From assembly GCA_965223705.1 (NCBI GenBank), contig OZ245015.1, positions 3,712,001 to 3,776,000 of the forward strand: a DNA stretch of 64,000 nucleotides, in the 5' to 3' direction. The position numbers and the translations under genes were made by a program. Of this stretch, positions 48,232-56,726 are shown piece after piece. Position 1 is the first letter of the stretch; the number at the start of each line of letters is the position of its first letter. The stretch comes from Myxococcota bacterium. Lineage in GTDB: Bacteria > Myxococcota_A > UBA9160 > UBA6930. A model generated the notes under the pieces. That model had not been told where the DNA came from, did not search any database, and worked only from the letters and a program-made list of their open reading frames with translations.

Positions 48232-48584
48232 TCGGCCGAAACCGCGGCTCGGGCCCGAGCGATCCGGTCGCGTAGAACCGCAAGGGCATGGCGTATGCCG
48301 GGCCAACGGCTCGCTTCGACGCGCCGAAGTCTTCGGCGACGCGCGCTTCGCTCCGAGGCCGAGAATGAGGCCAGCGGGCGCGATCGGAGCACGCCCCCCC
48401 ATTCGATCCAGCACAGCAAGAGCCACGTGCGCCGCGCCGCGGAGACGCCGGCGTGGCGCAACTCCCGCTCGAAGGCAGCCGCGAAATCGGCTTCGAGAAA
48501 CTCGCCGTCTTCCATTCCGGCGTCGACGATGTTGTAGAGCGTCCGAGCCGATTTTGCGGATAGAGGACGGCTTAAGAAATCCAT
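48213..48584 (-). CDS. hypothetical protein
   Basis: fills the gap between rpoH and the FHA gene; weak resemblance to gluconate-2-dehydrogenase subunit 3-like helical proteins. Confidence 0.45.
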   Translation of the reverse strand: MDFLSRPLSAKSARTLYNIVDAGMEDGEFLEADFAAAFERELRHAGVSAARRTWLLLCWIEWGGVLRSRPLASFSASERSARRRRLRRVEASRWPGIRHALAVLRDRIARARAAVSADQSSSA

Positions 48585-48666
48585 CGGCAGCGGAAGATAC
48601 CCAGGGGACGACCCATGGGGATCCCCGCCGGTCAAGAGCGCCCCGAACTCTGCCGAACGGTCAAAC

Positions 48667-49353
48667 ATGGGTTCACCCCGCGTCATGCTCTTCGCTCCGC
48701 CCCTGGCGCCGCTCGCGCTCGAGCCGGCAGGTGAAGTGATTCTGGGGCGCAGCACGGACTGCGACCTCCCCGTCCACTCGTCCGAGGCGTCGCGCCACCA
48801 CGCGGCGGTTCGCTTTCACGACGGTTGCTATCGCATTCGTGACTTGGGCAGTACGAACGGCACGACGTTGAACGGACGCCCCCTCGAAGGCGAAGTCGAA
48901 CTCGAGCCCGGCGATCGGATCGGCGTCGGTGGCGCGGCGATCCGCTACTGCCAGGTCGACGACGCGGTGGCGAACATGCTCCCGAGCCCCGGCGAGGAGG
49001 CGAAGACCATCTTGGCGGAGGTCGCGCCCGTCTCGGCCGTCGATCGCGTCCACGGCGACCTGCGAGCGGTACCGGCGTTCGCTTTGGTGCAAATGCTCGA
49101 GCTCGGAGCCAGGTCGGGCACGCTCATCATCCGCGAGAGCGACCGGCCGGGACAGCTGTGGATCGAAGACGGTCGCCCCGTGCACGCGGAAACCGCGACC
49201 AAGGATGGTTTCGAAGCGGCGATCGATCTCGTCAGTGCGTCGGAGGGTGCATTCGAATTCGGGCCGGGCGACCCCGCGCCCGATCGATCCGTCGAAGCGA
49301 GCTTGACGGAGCTCGTGCTCGAAGCGTCTTGCCGCCTCGACCGCTCGTCTTAA
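48667..49353 (+). CDS. FHA-domain plus DUF4388 protein
   Basis: LGRSTDCD, SRHHA, DLGSTNGT (FHA); GDL..V...LVQML....RSGTL...G.LW..GR..HA (DUF4388). Confidence 0.85.
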   Translation: MGSPRVMLFAPPLAPLALEPAGEVILGRSTDCDLPVHSSEASRHHAAVRFHDGCYRIRDLGSTNGTTLNGRPLEGEVELEPGDRIGVGGAAIRYCQVDDAVANMLPSPGEEAKTILAEVAPVSAVDRVHGDLRAVPAFALVQMLELGARSGTLIIRESDRPGQLWIEDGRPVHAETATKDGFEAAIDLVSASEGAFEFGPGDPAPDRSVEASLTELVLEASCRLDRSS

Positions 49354-49369
49354 GCGACGCGTTCTCTTC

Positions 49370-50743
49370 CTAGCTCTGGTCGTCGGTGACGGAAGGCGAC
49401 GCCGGTTTCGCCGTCTCTTCCTCGTTGGGCGTTTCTTCTTCGGGTTCTACCGCCGCAGGGCGCGTCGGCGGGAACTCGTCCAGGATCTCTTTCTGGATCG
49501 CGCGCTCGAGGCCTTCGGTATCGATGTCGAGCACGCTCGACAGCGCATCGTCGATGCTCAGCCCATCGCCCAAGGCATCGAGGATATAGCCACGTATTTC
49601 GCTGGTGGTGTGCCGCTCGAGCCACGCGGCGGTCGCGGTCGATTCCAAGTACGCGAGGCGCGCTTGCTCGTTGTCGAGACCGGAGAAACTTTGCGACAAG
49701 CGCTTGAGCGGGATCCACTGACCGACTTCGATCTTCCGTCGAAGTAGTGTTTTCTCACTGCGCGACAACGCGGGAAGTCCTCGCGACGCGCGTTCCGCGT
49801 GCTCCGCAAGACCTTCGTTGAGCCAGAACGGACGATGTCCACCGGTGCGCTCCTGAAAGAGCGCGTGCGTGTACTCGTGGAACAGGAGCGTTCTGAGCTC
49901 ACCCGCCGGATGAGCGGCCGAGACGACGTGAATCCGTCCGTCGTAGAACCCGACGGTCTGGAAGGAGAAGCGATGTGCGTGGGCGCGCATGTAAGCGGCC
50001 TTGCCGTACAGGACGACCCCGGTGGCTTCTTCGGGGAACACCCCGAGGTTTGCGCCGATCTCGCCGCGCGCGTCTTCCAGGTACTTGAGGACGCGGTCCG
50101 CGAAGTCGGGTGCGTGTTCTTGCAGTGCGCGATCCATCTGAACCCGGAAATGACCGCTTTCGAAACCGACGAGAGACAGCGCCCCCTCCGGCGGGCGGAG
50201 GAGCTCGCGCTCGTCTTCGATTTGCTTGAGTCGGCGCTCCGCGGACGCACGCCATGTCGCGAGATCGTCGCCGGCCGTCGCGAGGAAGCGTCGCAGGTGT
50301 TCTTCCGATCGGTCGAGCCGTCCGCGTTGCCCGTTGAGGAGCGCCAGGTACCAGTGCGCCTCGGGGCGATTCGGATCCCGCTCGAGGACTTCTTCCAAAG
50401 CGACAGACGCGCGCGCCGTTTCACCCCGCCCGAGGTCATCGACGGCGCCGCGCAAGATTCGGTAGGTCCGATCGTCGGAGCTGCTCGTCGAGCCGCGCGG
50501 CGTGAGAAGCGGCGTGCCAGCGGGGTCTCCTCCCCACAGCGCTAGAACTTCTCCAGGTGCGATGTGCCGCGACTCGGATCGTGGGTTCGCTTCTTCGTTG
50601 GTGAGGTGAGGGTGGCCGTCGTCATCGACCCAAACCTCGATTTTCGCCGGCCAGAACACCCCGGCGAGGACGACCACCACGAAGGCCAACAAGCTGAATC
50701 CGGCGACGCGTTTCACGCGGGGTTCATCGGCAGAACCCCGCAT
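49370..50743 (-). CDS. membrane-anchored TPR plus gluzincin (peptidase MA-like) protein with DUF4124-like N-terminal segment
   Basis: TM, WVDDDGHPHLTN, TPRs, HEYTH and WLNEGLAE zinc motif. Confidence 0.75.
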   Translation of the reverse strand: MRGSADEPRVKRVAGFSLLAFVVVVLAGVFWPAKIEVWVDDDGHPHLTNEEANPRSESRHIAPGEVLALWGGDPAGTPLLTPRGSTSSSDDRTYRILRGAVDDLGRGETARASVALEEVLERDPNRPEAHWYLALLNGQRGRLDRSEEHLRRFLATAGDDLATWRASAERRLKQIEDERELLRPPEGALSLVGFESGHFRVQMDRALQEHAPDFADRVLKYLEDARGEIGANLGVFPEEATGVVLYGKAAYMRAHAHRFSFQTVGFYDGRIHVVSAAHPAGELRTLLFHEYTHALFQERTGGHRPFWLNEGLAEHAERASRGLPALSRSEKTLLRRKIEVGQWIPLKRLSQSFSGLDNEQARLAYLESTATAAWLERHTTSEIRGYILDALGDGLSIDDALSSVLDIDTEGLERAIQKEILDEFPPTRPAAVEPEEETPNEEETAKPASPSVTDDQS

Positions 50744-50776
50744 GGGCCGTAGCCCGTGAAGAGGGCTTTCCTCGGC

Positions 50777-51286
50777 CTAGGAGGCCTTGTGCGCCTCTCC
50801 CACGAGGTGAGGTAGCTCCGGGAGGATGAGCTTTTCCATCGCCAGCCGAATCGCGCCTCGCGAGCCCGGGACCGCGAAGACGACCCGGCCGTCCCGAAGG
50901 CCCGCAAGCGCTCGGGAAAGCAGCGCAGCCGAGCCGATTTCCTCGTAGGACAGTGCGCGGAAGAGCTCGCCGAACCCCGGGACCTCCCTTTGCAGGAGCG
51001 GCGCGAGCGCTTCGGGTGTCACGTCCCGCGGCGCCACCCCGGTCCCGCCAGTGACGATGAGGGCGCCCACCGAGGCGTCGCCCAACGCGTCCAGCGCGGC
51101 CCGCCGGATCGCCTCGGCGTCGTCCGGAACCAGGGCTCGGCCCGCCAGGGGGTGTCCGGCTTGCGTGAGCAGCGCGACGACGAGATCTCCGCCGGTGTCG
51201 GTTTCGAGGGTGCGTGAGTCACTCACGGTCAGCACGGCGGTCGCTATCGCTCCCGGCCCGGCCGCGCGATGTTCGTCGATGCTCAC
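50777..51286 (-). CDS. moaB: molybdenum cofactor biosynthesis protein B/MogA family
   Basis: [37 protein letters not shown]. Confidence 0.92.
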   Translation of the reverse strand: MSIDEHRAAGPGAIATAVLTVSDSRTLETDTGGDLVVALLTQAGHPLAGRALVPDDAEAIRRAALDALGDASVGALIVTGGTGVAPRDVTPEALAPLLQREVPGFGELFRALSYEEIGSAALLSRALAGLRDGRVVFAVPGSRGAIRLAMEKLILPELPHLVGEAHKAS

Positions 51287-51313
51287 GCGGGAGCCTGCGA
51301 CGGTCGCTCGGAG

Positions 51314-51979
51314 CTAGGCGTGGTCATCGACCCAATACGCGCCGTCCGTGGCGATCTCTTTCTTCCAGATCGGGACGCGCTCCTTCAGGACGTCGATCGA
51401 CCAGCGCGCGGCCTCGAACGCCTCGGCGCGGTGGGGAGCCGCCGCGACCACGACGACCGCTAGATCGCCGATCTCGAGGTGACCCGTTCGGTGGGCGAGC
51501 GCCACCCGGGTTCCGGGCCAGCGCCCCTCCGCCTCTTCGATAATGCGGTCCATTTCCGACAACGCCATCGACGGATAGGCCTCGTATTCGAGATGCTCGA
51601 TGTCGTGCCCCCGAGAAGCGTTGCGGACGGCCCCGCAGAACGTCACCAGCCCGCCGGCGTCGGGACCGACGACACGCTGGACCACTTCGCCCACGTCGAG
51701 GGCAGTTTCCGAAAGGGTGGCCCGACCGCTCGCCGAGCCACCCGAAACCGGGGGCAGCAGCGCGACTTCGTCCCCCTCGGCCAGGATCGTGTCCTCGGAA
51801 GCGACTTCGCGGTTGACGCCGACGCGAAGCCGATCGCCGAGCGCGGCGACGGGGGGGAGCGTTTCGGCGAGCTGAGCTCGCAAACGCGCCACCGACGTGC
51901 CGTCCGGCAAGTCGAGCGCGAGCTCCTTGCTTCCGGCGTGCTCGCGGATCGATCCGAACAATTGAACCGTGATATGCAT
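51314..51979 (-). CDS. moaE: fused molybdopterin synthase MoaD-MoaE
   Basis: N-terminal ubiquitin-like domain ending [13 protein letters not shown]; then FCGAVRN, LEYEAY, HRTG, PHRAEAF, PIWKKE. Confidence 0.92.
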   Translation of the reverse strand: MHITVQLFGSIREHAGSKELALDLPDGTSVARLRAQLAETLPPVAALGDRLRVGVNREVASEDTILAEGDEVALLPPVSGGSASGRATLSETALDVGEVVQRVVGPDAGGLVTFCGAVRNASRGHDIEHLEYEAYPSMALSEMDRIIEEAEGRWPGTRVALAHRTGHLEIGDLAVVVVAAAPHRAEAFEAARWSIDVLKERVPIWKKEIATDGAYWVDDHA

Positions 51980-52015
51980 CTCGCCCGGCAGTTTAGCGAG
52001 CCCGGGCGCGTACCG

Positions 52016-52360
52016 ATGAAGCCGTCGATGATGGATTTGCGCCGCGTCGCCAGCCTCTCCTGCACCGGGTGCGGGGAGCGGTCGAGCTTGTTCGCCTGGT
52101 TCGATGCGTGCACCGGGGTCGAGCCCGACCGACGGTGGCTACGAGGGGGCTGCCCGAGTTGCGAAGCTCCGCTCTGGATCGCTTTTGAGGGCGACTGCGT
52201 CTCCGCTGGGGTCCCTTCCGAGGATCGACGCTTCTTCCTGCCCGACCAGCGCGTCGAGCAACGCGGGTTGTCCTTCCAGCACGCGCCCGAGGGCCTGCTG
52301 GTGGGGCTTCAGCACCGAAGCTGGGTATTCGCGCCGCTCCCGGTCGGGGCCGCGCTCTAG
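52016..52360 (+). CDS. small hypothetical protein with two CxxC motifs
   Basis: CTGC...CPSC; fills the gap between moaDE and bactofilin. Confidence 0.5.
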   Translation: MKPSMMDLRRVASLSCTGCGERSSLFAWFDACTGVEPDRRWLRGGCPSCEAPLWIAFEGDCVSAGVPSEDRRFFLPDQRVEQRGLSFQHAPEGLLVGLQHRSWVFAPLPVGAAL

Positions 52361-52365
52361 CGGAG

Positions 52366-52413
52366 CGCTACTTCTCGGGCGAATCGCCCCGCTACTTCTT
52401 GGGCGAATCGCCC
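52366..52413. repeat. 24-bp tandem direct repeat (2 copies, 1 mismatch) at the bactofilin 3' end
   Basis: CGCTACTTCTCGGGCGAATCGCCC / CGCTACTTCTTGGGCGAATCGCCC; each copy contains the palindrome GGGCGA-A-TCGCCC. Confidence 0.9.
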
Positions 52414-52868
52414 TTCTGGCCGCCGTCCACCGCGGTCAGGTTGCCGGCCTTTGCCGTCTGTTCGGAGCCCGGCGCCTTCATCGCGATCTGGCCGTTCACG
52501 ACCGCGCCCGCTTCGACGATCAGCGAACCGGTTTCCACGTTGCCCATGAGACGAGCGGTCTTGTGGAGAACCAGCTGGCGGCTCGCGTGAACGTCGCCGA
52601 CGACGGCGCCGCTGATCATGACGCTCTTCGACGTGATGTCGGCATGGACTTCGCCCGTCTCGCCGACGATGAGCGTGTTCTCGCTCGCGATTTCTCCGTT
52701 AAAGCAGCCATCGATCCGAACCGTGTCCTTGAACGACAGCTTGCCCTCGAACGAGGAACCTTGATCGATGAATGCCGTGAGACCACCGGCGTTGCTCGAG
52801 GACGGCGGCGGGCTCGCGGGCCGATCGATCGGTGTGCCGTTTTCCTCACCTTTTCGTCCGAATGCCAT
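52392..52868 (-). CDS. bactofilin (polymer-forming cytoskeletal protein)
   Basis: IDQGSSFEGKL...VRIDG...G.I...LIVGETGEV.ADI....V.ISG.V.GDV beta-helix pattern. Confidence 0.92.
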   Translation of the reverse strand: MAFGRKGEENGTPIDRPASPPPSSSNAGGLTAFIDQGSSFEGKLSFKDTVRIDGCFNGEIASENTLIVGETGEVHADITSKSVMISGAVVGDVHASRQLVLHKTARLMGNVETGSLIVEAGAVVNGQIAMKAPGSEQTAKAGNLTAVDGGQKGDSPKK

Positions 52869-53037
52869 AGCTGCCGCCTCCTTCGCCCGACGAAGATCGG
52901 GTGTGTGGAGATGGATCGGTCTCCGAGCAGCCGGACTTGAGAGGAGTTGCCGATGCGGTGCGCCTGGGCGATCCCCCCGGTCCGGGTGTTCCGTCCCCCT
53001 GTGGCGGGTGGCGACCCGGCGATAAAATGGCCGCGCG

Positions 53038-53937
53038 ATGAGCGAAGCGCTCCCGGAACGACTCGACGAAGCCTTGGCGTCCGGGCGCGTGCACTCGGGC
53101 TACTTGTTGACAGGCGCCGGCCCGGATACGGGCCGGGTGGCGCGGCGGTTCGTCCGCGCCCTCGTCTGCACCGCCGCCCCCCCCGCCGAGCGACCGTGCG
53201 AAAGCTGTGACGACTGTCGCCGAGGCGCCGACCGCGTTGAACCGGAAATCGACGGCACCGGGAAACGGGGCCCTCTCTACCGACACGTCGGAGATCATCC
53301 CGACCTGATCTGGGTCGAGCGGGGACCGAACGACACACGCGTCCGGATCGGACAGGTCCGAGCGGCGTGTCAGACGCTCGGCCTGCGCGGCGGGTCGCGG
53401 CGGGCGTGCGTCATCGCGGATGCGTCGTGGCTCAACCTCGAGGCGCAGAACGCCTTGCTGCGGGCACTCGAGGAACCGCCCGAGGGAACGACGTTCGTCT
53501 TGCTGTGCGAAAGCGCTGCCGCCCTCCTCGCCACCGTCCGTTCGCGCTGCCAGCAAGTCGCCTGCGGAGCTCATGGCGAAGACGACACCGAAGCTGCAGA
53601 AGCGCTGTACCCGCAGTTCGAAGCGCTCACCGGTGCCGGAGCGGCGGCGGTTCTCGAGTGGGCCGAGGAGTTCCGCGGCTCGCGAAGCGTCGCAGCGGAA
53701 GGCGTCGCGTCACTGTTGGCCCACGCGTCGCACTGGGTCCACCATCGCGTCACCGAGCGAGCGGTTCCCGAAGGACAATCTTGTGCGCCGTTCCTCGAGG
53801 CCTGGGGAGAGCTGCGCCACTGCCGAAAGATTCTCGCGCAGCGGAACGCGAATCCGCAGATGGTCGCCGAGCGTGCGCTCTTTGCCGTCGCGCGCAGCCT
53901 CGAAGCGAGCTCCGAAGGACCCCGTGTCGGAGCCTGA
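53038..53937 (+). CDS. holB: DNA polymerase III delta-prime subunit
   Basis: RVHSGYLLTG, PCESCDDC, HPDL, AQNALLRALEEPP, LLATVRSRC. Confidence 0.85.
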   Translation: MSEALPERLDEALASGRVHSGYLLTGAGPDTGRVARRFVRALVCTAAPPAERPCESCDDCRRGADRVEPEIDGTGKRGPLYRHVGDHPDLIWVERGPNDTRVRIGQVRAACQTLGLRGGSRRACVIADASWLNLEAQNALLRALEEPPEGTTFVLLCESAAALLATVRSRCQQVACGAHGEDDTEAAEALYPQFEALTGAGAAAVLEWAEEFRGSRSVAAEGVASLLAHASHWVHHRVTERAVPEGQSCAPFLEAWGELRHCRKILAQRNANPQMVAERALFAVARSLEASSEGPRVGA

Positions 53938-54727
53938 CAACCGGGCCCCGCGATTTGCGCTGGCGCAAGAACTCGCCCGACGCGCGGGTGCGATCCAGCG
54001 AGAGCGCTTCGGCACTTCGCTCGACGTCCAGTCGAAGAGTGTCGACATCGATCTCGTCACCGAAGTGGACCACGCCTGTGAGGCGCTGATCGTCGACGCG
54101 CTCTGCGCCGAGTTCTCTCACGACGCGATTCTCGCCGAGGAGGGGCGCGGCGAAGACCGCGAGGACGCGACCTGGCGTTGGGTCGTCGACCCCCTCGACG
54201 GCACCACGAACTACGCCCACGGTTATCCGCGCTTTTGCGTGTCCATCGGCGCGGAGCGCGGCGGGCGGCGAGAGCTGGCCGCGGTCTACGATCCGCTCCT
54301 CGACGAACTGTTCGCCGCTGTGCGAGGCGGCGGGGCCACGCGAAACGGCGAGCGCATCTCGGTGTCGGGAGAGGCGCAGCTCGATCGCGCGCTTCTGGCC
54401 ACGGGCTTCGCTTACGATCGACGCCAGAGCCGTCGAGAGAACGTGGAGCACTTTGCCGCGTTCCTGCAAGCGGCGCGGGCGATGCGCCGGGACGGGAGTG
54501 CGGCTCTCGATCTCTGCTACGTCGCCGCCGGACGACTCGACGGTTTCTGGGAACTCAAGCTGGCTCCCTGGGACGTCGCTGCAGGGTATTTGATCGTAGA
54601 AGAGGCAGGCGGCCGGATTTCCGACCTGGCGGGCGGCGCCGCGCTTTCATCTGGGCGAGAGGTCGTAGCGAGCAATGGACGGATTCACGACGCGATGCTC
54701 GAGGTCTTGCGTGAGTCGAGGCCCTGA
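53924..54727 (+). CDS. suhB: inositol monophosphatase family protein
   Basis: DLVTEVD, AEE, WVVDPLDGTTNY, GSAALDLCYVAAG, LAPWDVAAG. Confidence 0.9.
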   Translation: MSEPDNRAPRFALAQELARRAGAIQRERFGTSLDVQSKSVDIDLVTEVDHACEALIVDALCAEFSHDAILAEEGRGEDREDATWRWVVDPLDGTTNYAHGYPRFCVSIGAERGGRRELAAVYDPLLDELFAAVRGGGATRNGERISVSGEAQLDRALLATGFAYDRRQSRRENVEHFAAFLQAARAMRRDGSAALDLCYVAAGRLDGFWELKLAPWDVAAGYLIVEEAGGRISDLAGGAALSSGREVVASNGRIHDAMLEVLRESRP

Positions 54728-54731
54728 CGTC

Positions 54732-55280
54732 GTGCGTTTTGCGGGAAGGCGTCGCGCGGTGATCGCGCTGGCGCTGCTCTGCGTGTTCTTGATGGGGGCT
54801 TCGAGCCAGTTGCGCCAGCAGATCGCTCGCTCGGGAGCCGTCATCTTGCAGCGTCGAGAGGCCGTCGCCCCGATCGATACGGCGGAGGGAAAGATGGTCG
54901 GCGTTGAATCGATCAGCGTCTTCGAACCCGGTGCGGAGCAAAACCGGCTGCTCGGGTTGCGCCTCGACTGGAACGCTTTCGGACTGACGGGCGCGAACCG
55001 GTACTCGTATCTCGATCTGCACGAGATCGACGCTGTGATCCGCGGTCTCGCGTTCATGGGTACGGAGCTCGCCCATGCGAATCATCCCGACAACATCGAT
55101 CGCGAAGGTCGTATCCGCACCGGCGAAGGGTTCGCGGTGGGCTACGTAGCCCGCGGGCAGCAGGTGCGGATGTACGTCGACTGGTCGCCCGGCAACTTGC
55201 GGGCCGATCTCGGACCGGACGGCTTCGCGGGGCTCCGCGAACGCTTCGAACTCGCGCGGGACGCACTCTTCTCGGACTAG
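54732..55280 (+). CDS. exported hypothetical protein
   Basis: basic plus hydrophobic N-terminus; GTG 4 nt after the suhB stop; 4-nt convergent overlap with the next gene. Confidence 0.55.
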   Translation: MRFAGRRRAVIALALLCVFLMGASSQLRQQIARSGAVILQRREAVAPIDTAEGKMVGVESISVFEPGAEQNRLLGLRLDWNAFGLTGANRYSYLDLHEIDAVIRGLAFMGTELAHANHPDNIDREGRIRTGEGFAVGYVARGQQVRMYVDWSPGNLRADLGPDGFAGLRERFELARDALFSD

Positions 55281-56719
55281 TTCGCCGCTTCCGGCGCTTC
55301 GTCCACTTCGGATTCCGGCTTCGCTTCCTTCGAGGCGAAGCGGTTCTCGAACGCCTCGACGTTCACGGGCATCACGTCGGCGAGTTCGGGCTCGACCCAG
55401 TAGACCGTGTCGGAACCGACGATTCGGGCCGGGATTCCGCGCTCGGGATCCGGCGTTCCGAACTCGAGCTCGGCCAAGACGGCGGGCTTCGCGCCGTCTT
55501 CTTCGGGTTGCCCGCCCTCGACACGAAGCGCGACGCGCGGCGGCGCGAGTCCGAGGCCTCGAAGTTCGCCTTCGCCCATCGATTCCGCCAAGACGTCTTG
55601 TGCTTCGAGACCGGCGAGTTCACTGACGAGCCGCGATGCCTTACCCGGTTGCATCGCCGGCTGTGTCGACCAGCGCGTCGATTCCTTCGTCGCCGTCACT
55701 CGAAATGTCTGAGCCCGATCCGGGTCTTCTAGTGCGAGCTCGAAACTCGCGGCGTCGAGGGTGGAGAAGCGCCCGAGCTTGCGATCGCGAAGTGCCACGG
55801 GGCCCTCGGGAAAGTCGTCGAGGAGCGTCGCCGGCATCGAGAACAGCGTGTCTCGACCCGCGATCCGCAACAGGCGCCGGTCGCCCACCGGCACGCCGAC
55901 GTCGAGTGCGACCTCCTCGCCTTTCTCGGAAGACAGAACGACGCGCAGATCCGGCGCCGCAAGCGTCGCGAGCTCGGCTTCGCCCGGAGCATCGACGAAA
56001 TCGACGGTGCGGAGGAATTCGATCTGCGAGATCAGACCTTCGATCGCGTCTCGATCGCCCCCGGTCTCGAGCGGCTCGCGAAGGACCCAGCGCTCGCCGT
56101 CACGCTCGCCTCGAGCGCGTGCGGTCGGCCACGCGACTTCCACCGCGTCGATCGCATCGGCATCGAACACCGCGATGCGCCGGTCCCGTAACGCCTTGAG
56201 CGTGGGCTCGAACGGGGCGACCTCCGTATTCGCGACAGCGAAGATTCGCGTGCGGTCGTCAATCGACAAATAGGTCACGTCTCCGAAGGGCGCGTCGGCG
56301 CCGACGTACACCGTGTGCTCGCCCGCTTCGGTCGCAAAGCGCAAGCGCGCCTCGCCTTCGAGGCCGTATTCCTCGAGTGCGGCCGGATCATCGAACTCGC
56401 GTTCCCGGGCGAGGGTCGCAATCGCGCGCGCCAATCCGTCCGCGGTCACCTCGTCCGCGGGAAACTCGATCGGAGCCGTGACGCGCCACGGTGCATTCTC
56501 GCCGGAAGCGTCGTCCGTGCGCTCGACGCGCGCGGAGTAGCCGTCTTCGGTCTCGATCTCGACCCAAAGGACGTCGCTCGGCTTCGTTCCGGGGAACACG
56601 AGCCCCTCGGCTTCGGCGGCTTCTTCTCGCGACGGTGCGCCGCGAATTTCGTAGAAGTAGATCAAACCGCCGAGAACGGCGGCGACGATGGCGAGAACCA
56701 GCGTAGTTCGGGGATTCAA
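55277..56719 (-). CDS. DUF4340-domain protein (repeated domains)
   Basis: N-terminal anchor; W.V..P.EFPAD, LEEYGL, LRDRR repeated; follows GldG-like gene. Confidence 0.78.
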   Translation of the reverse strand: MNPRTTLVLAIVAAVLGGLIYFYEIRGAPSREEAAEAEGLVFPGTKPSDVLWVEIETEDGYSARVERTDDASGENAPWRVTAPIEFPADEVTADGLARAIATLAREREFDDPAALEEYGLEGEARLRFATEAGEHTVYVGADAPFGDVTYLSIDDRTRIFAVANTEVAPFEPTLKALRDRRIAVFDADAIDAVEVAWPTARARGERDGERWVLREPLETGGDRDAIEGLISQIEFLRTVDFVDAPGEAELATLAAPDLRVVLSSEKGEEVALDVGVPVGDRRLLRIAGRDTLFSMPATLLDDFPEGPVALRDRKLGRFSTLDAASFELALEDPDRAQTFRVTATKESTRWSTQPAMQPGKASRLVSELAGLEAQDVLAESMGEGELRGLGLAPPRVALRVEGGQPEEDGAKPAVLAELEFGTPDPERGIPARIVGSDTVYWVEPELADVMPVNVEAFENRFASKEAKPESEVDEAPEAAN

Positions 56720-56726
56720 AGGAGCC

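Noticed and set aside
52366..52413. CRISPR-like palindromic repeat
   Set aside because: Only two directly abutting copies, no spacer, no cas genes
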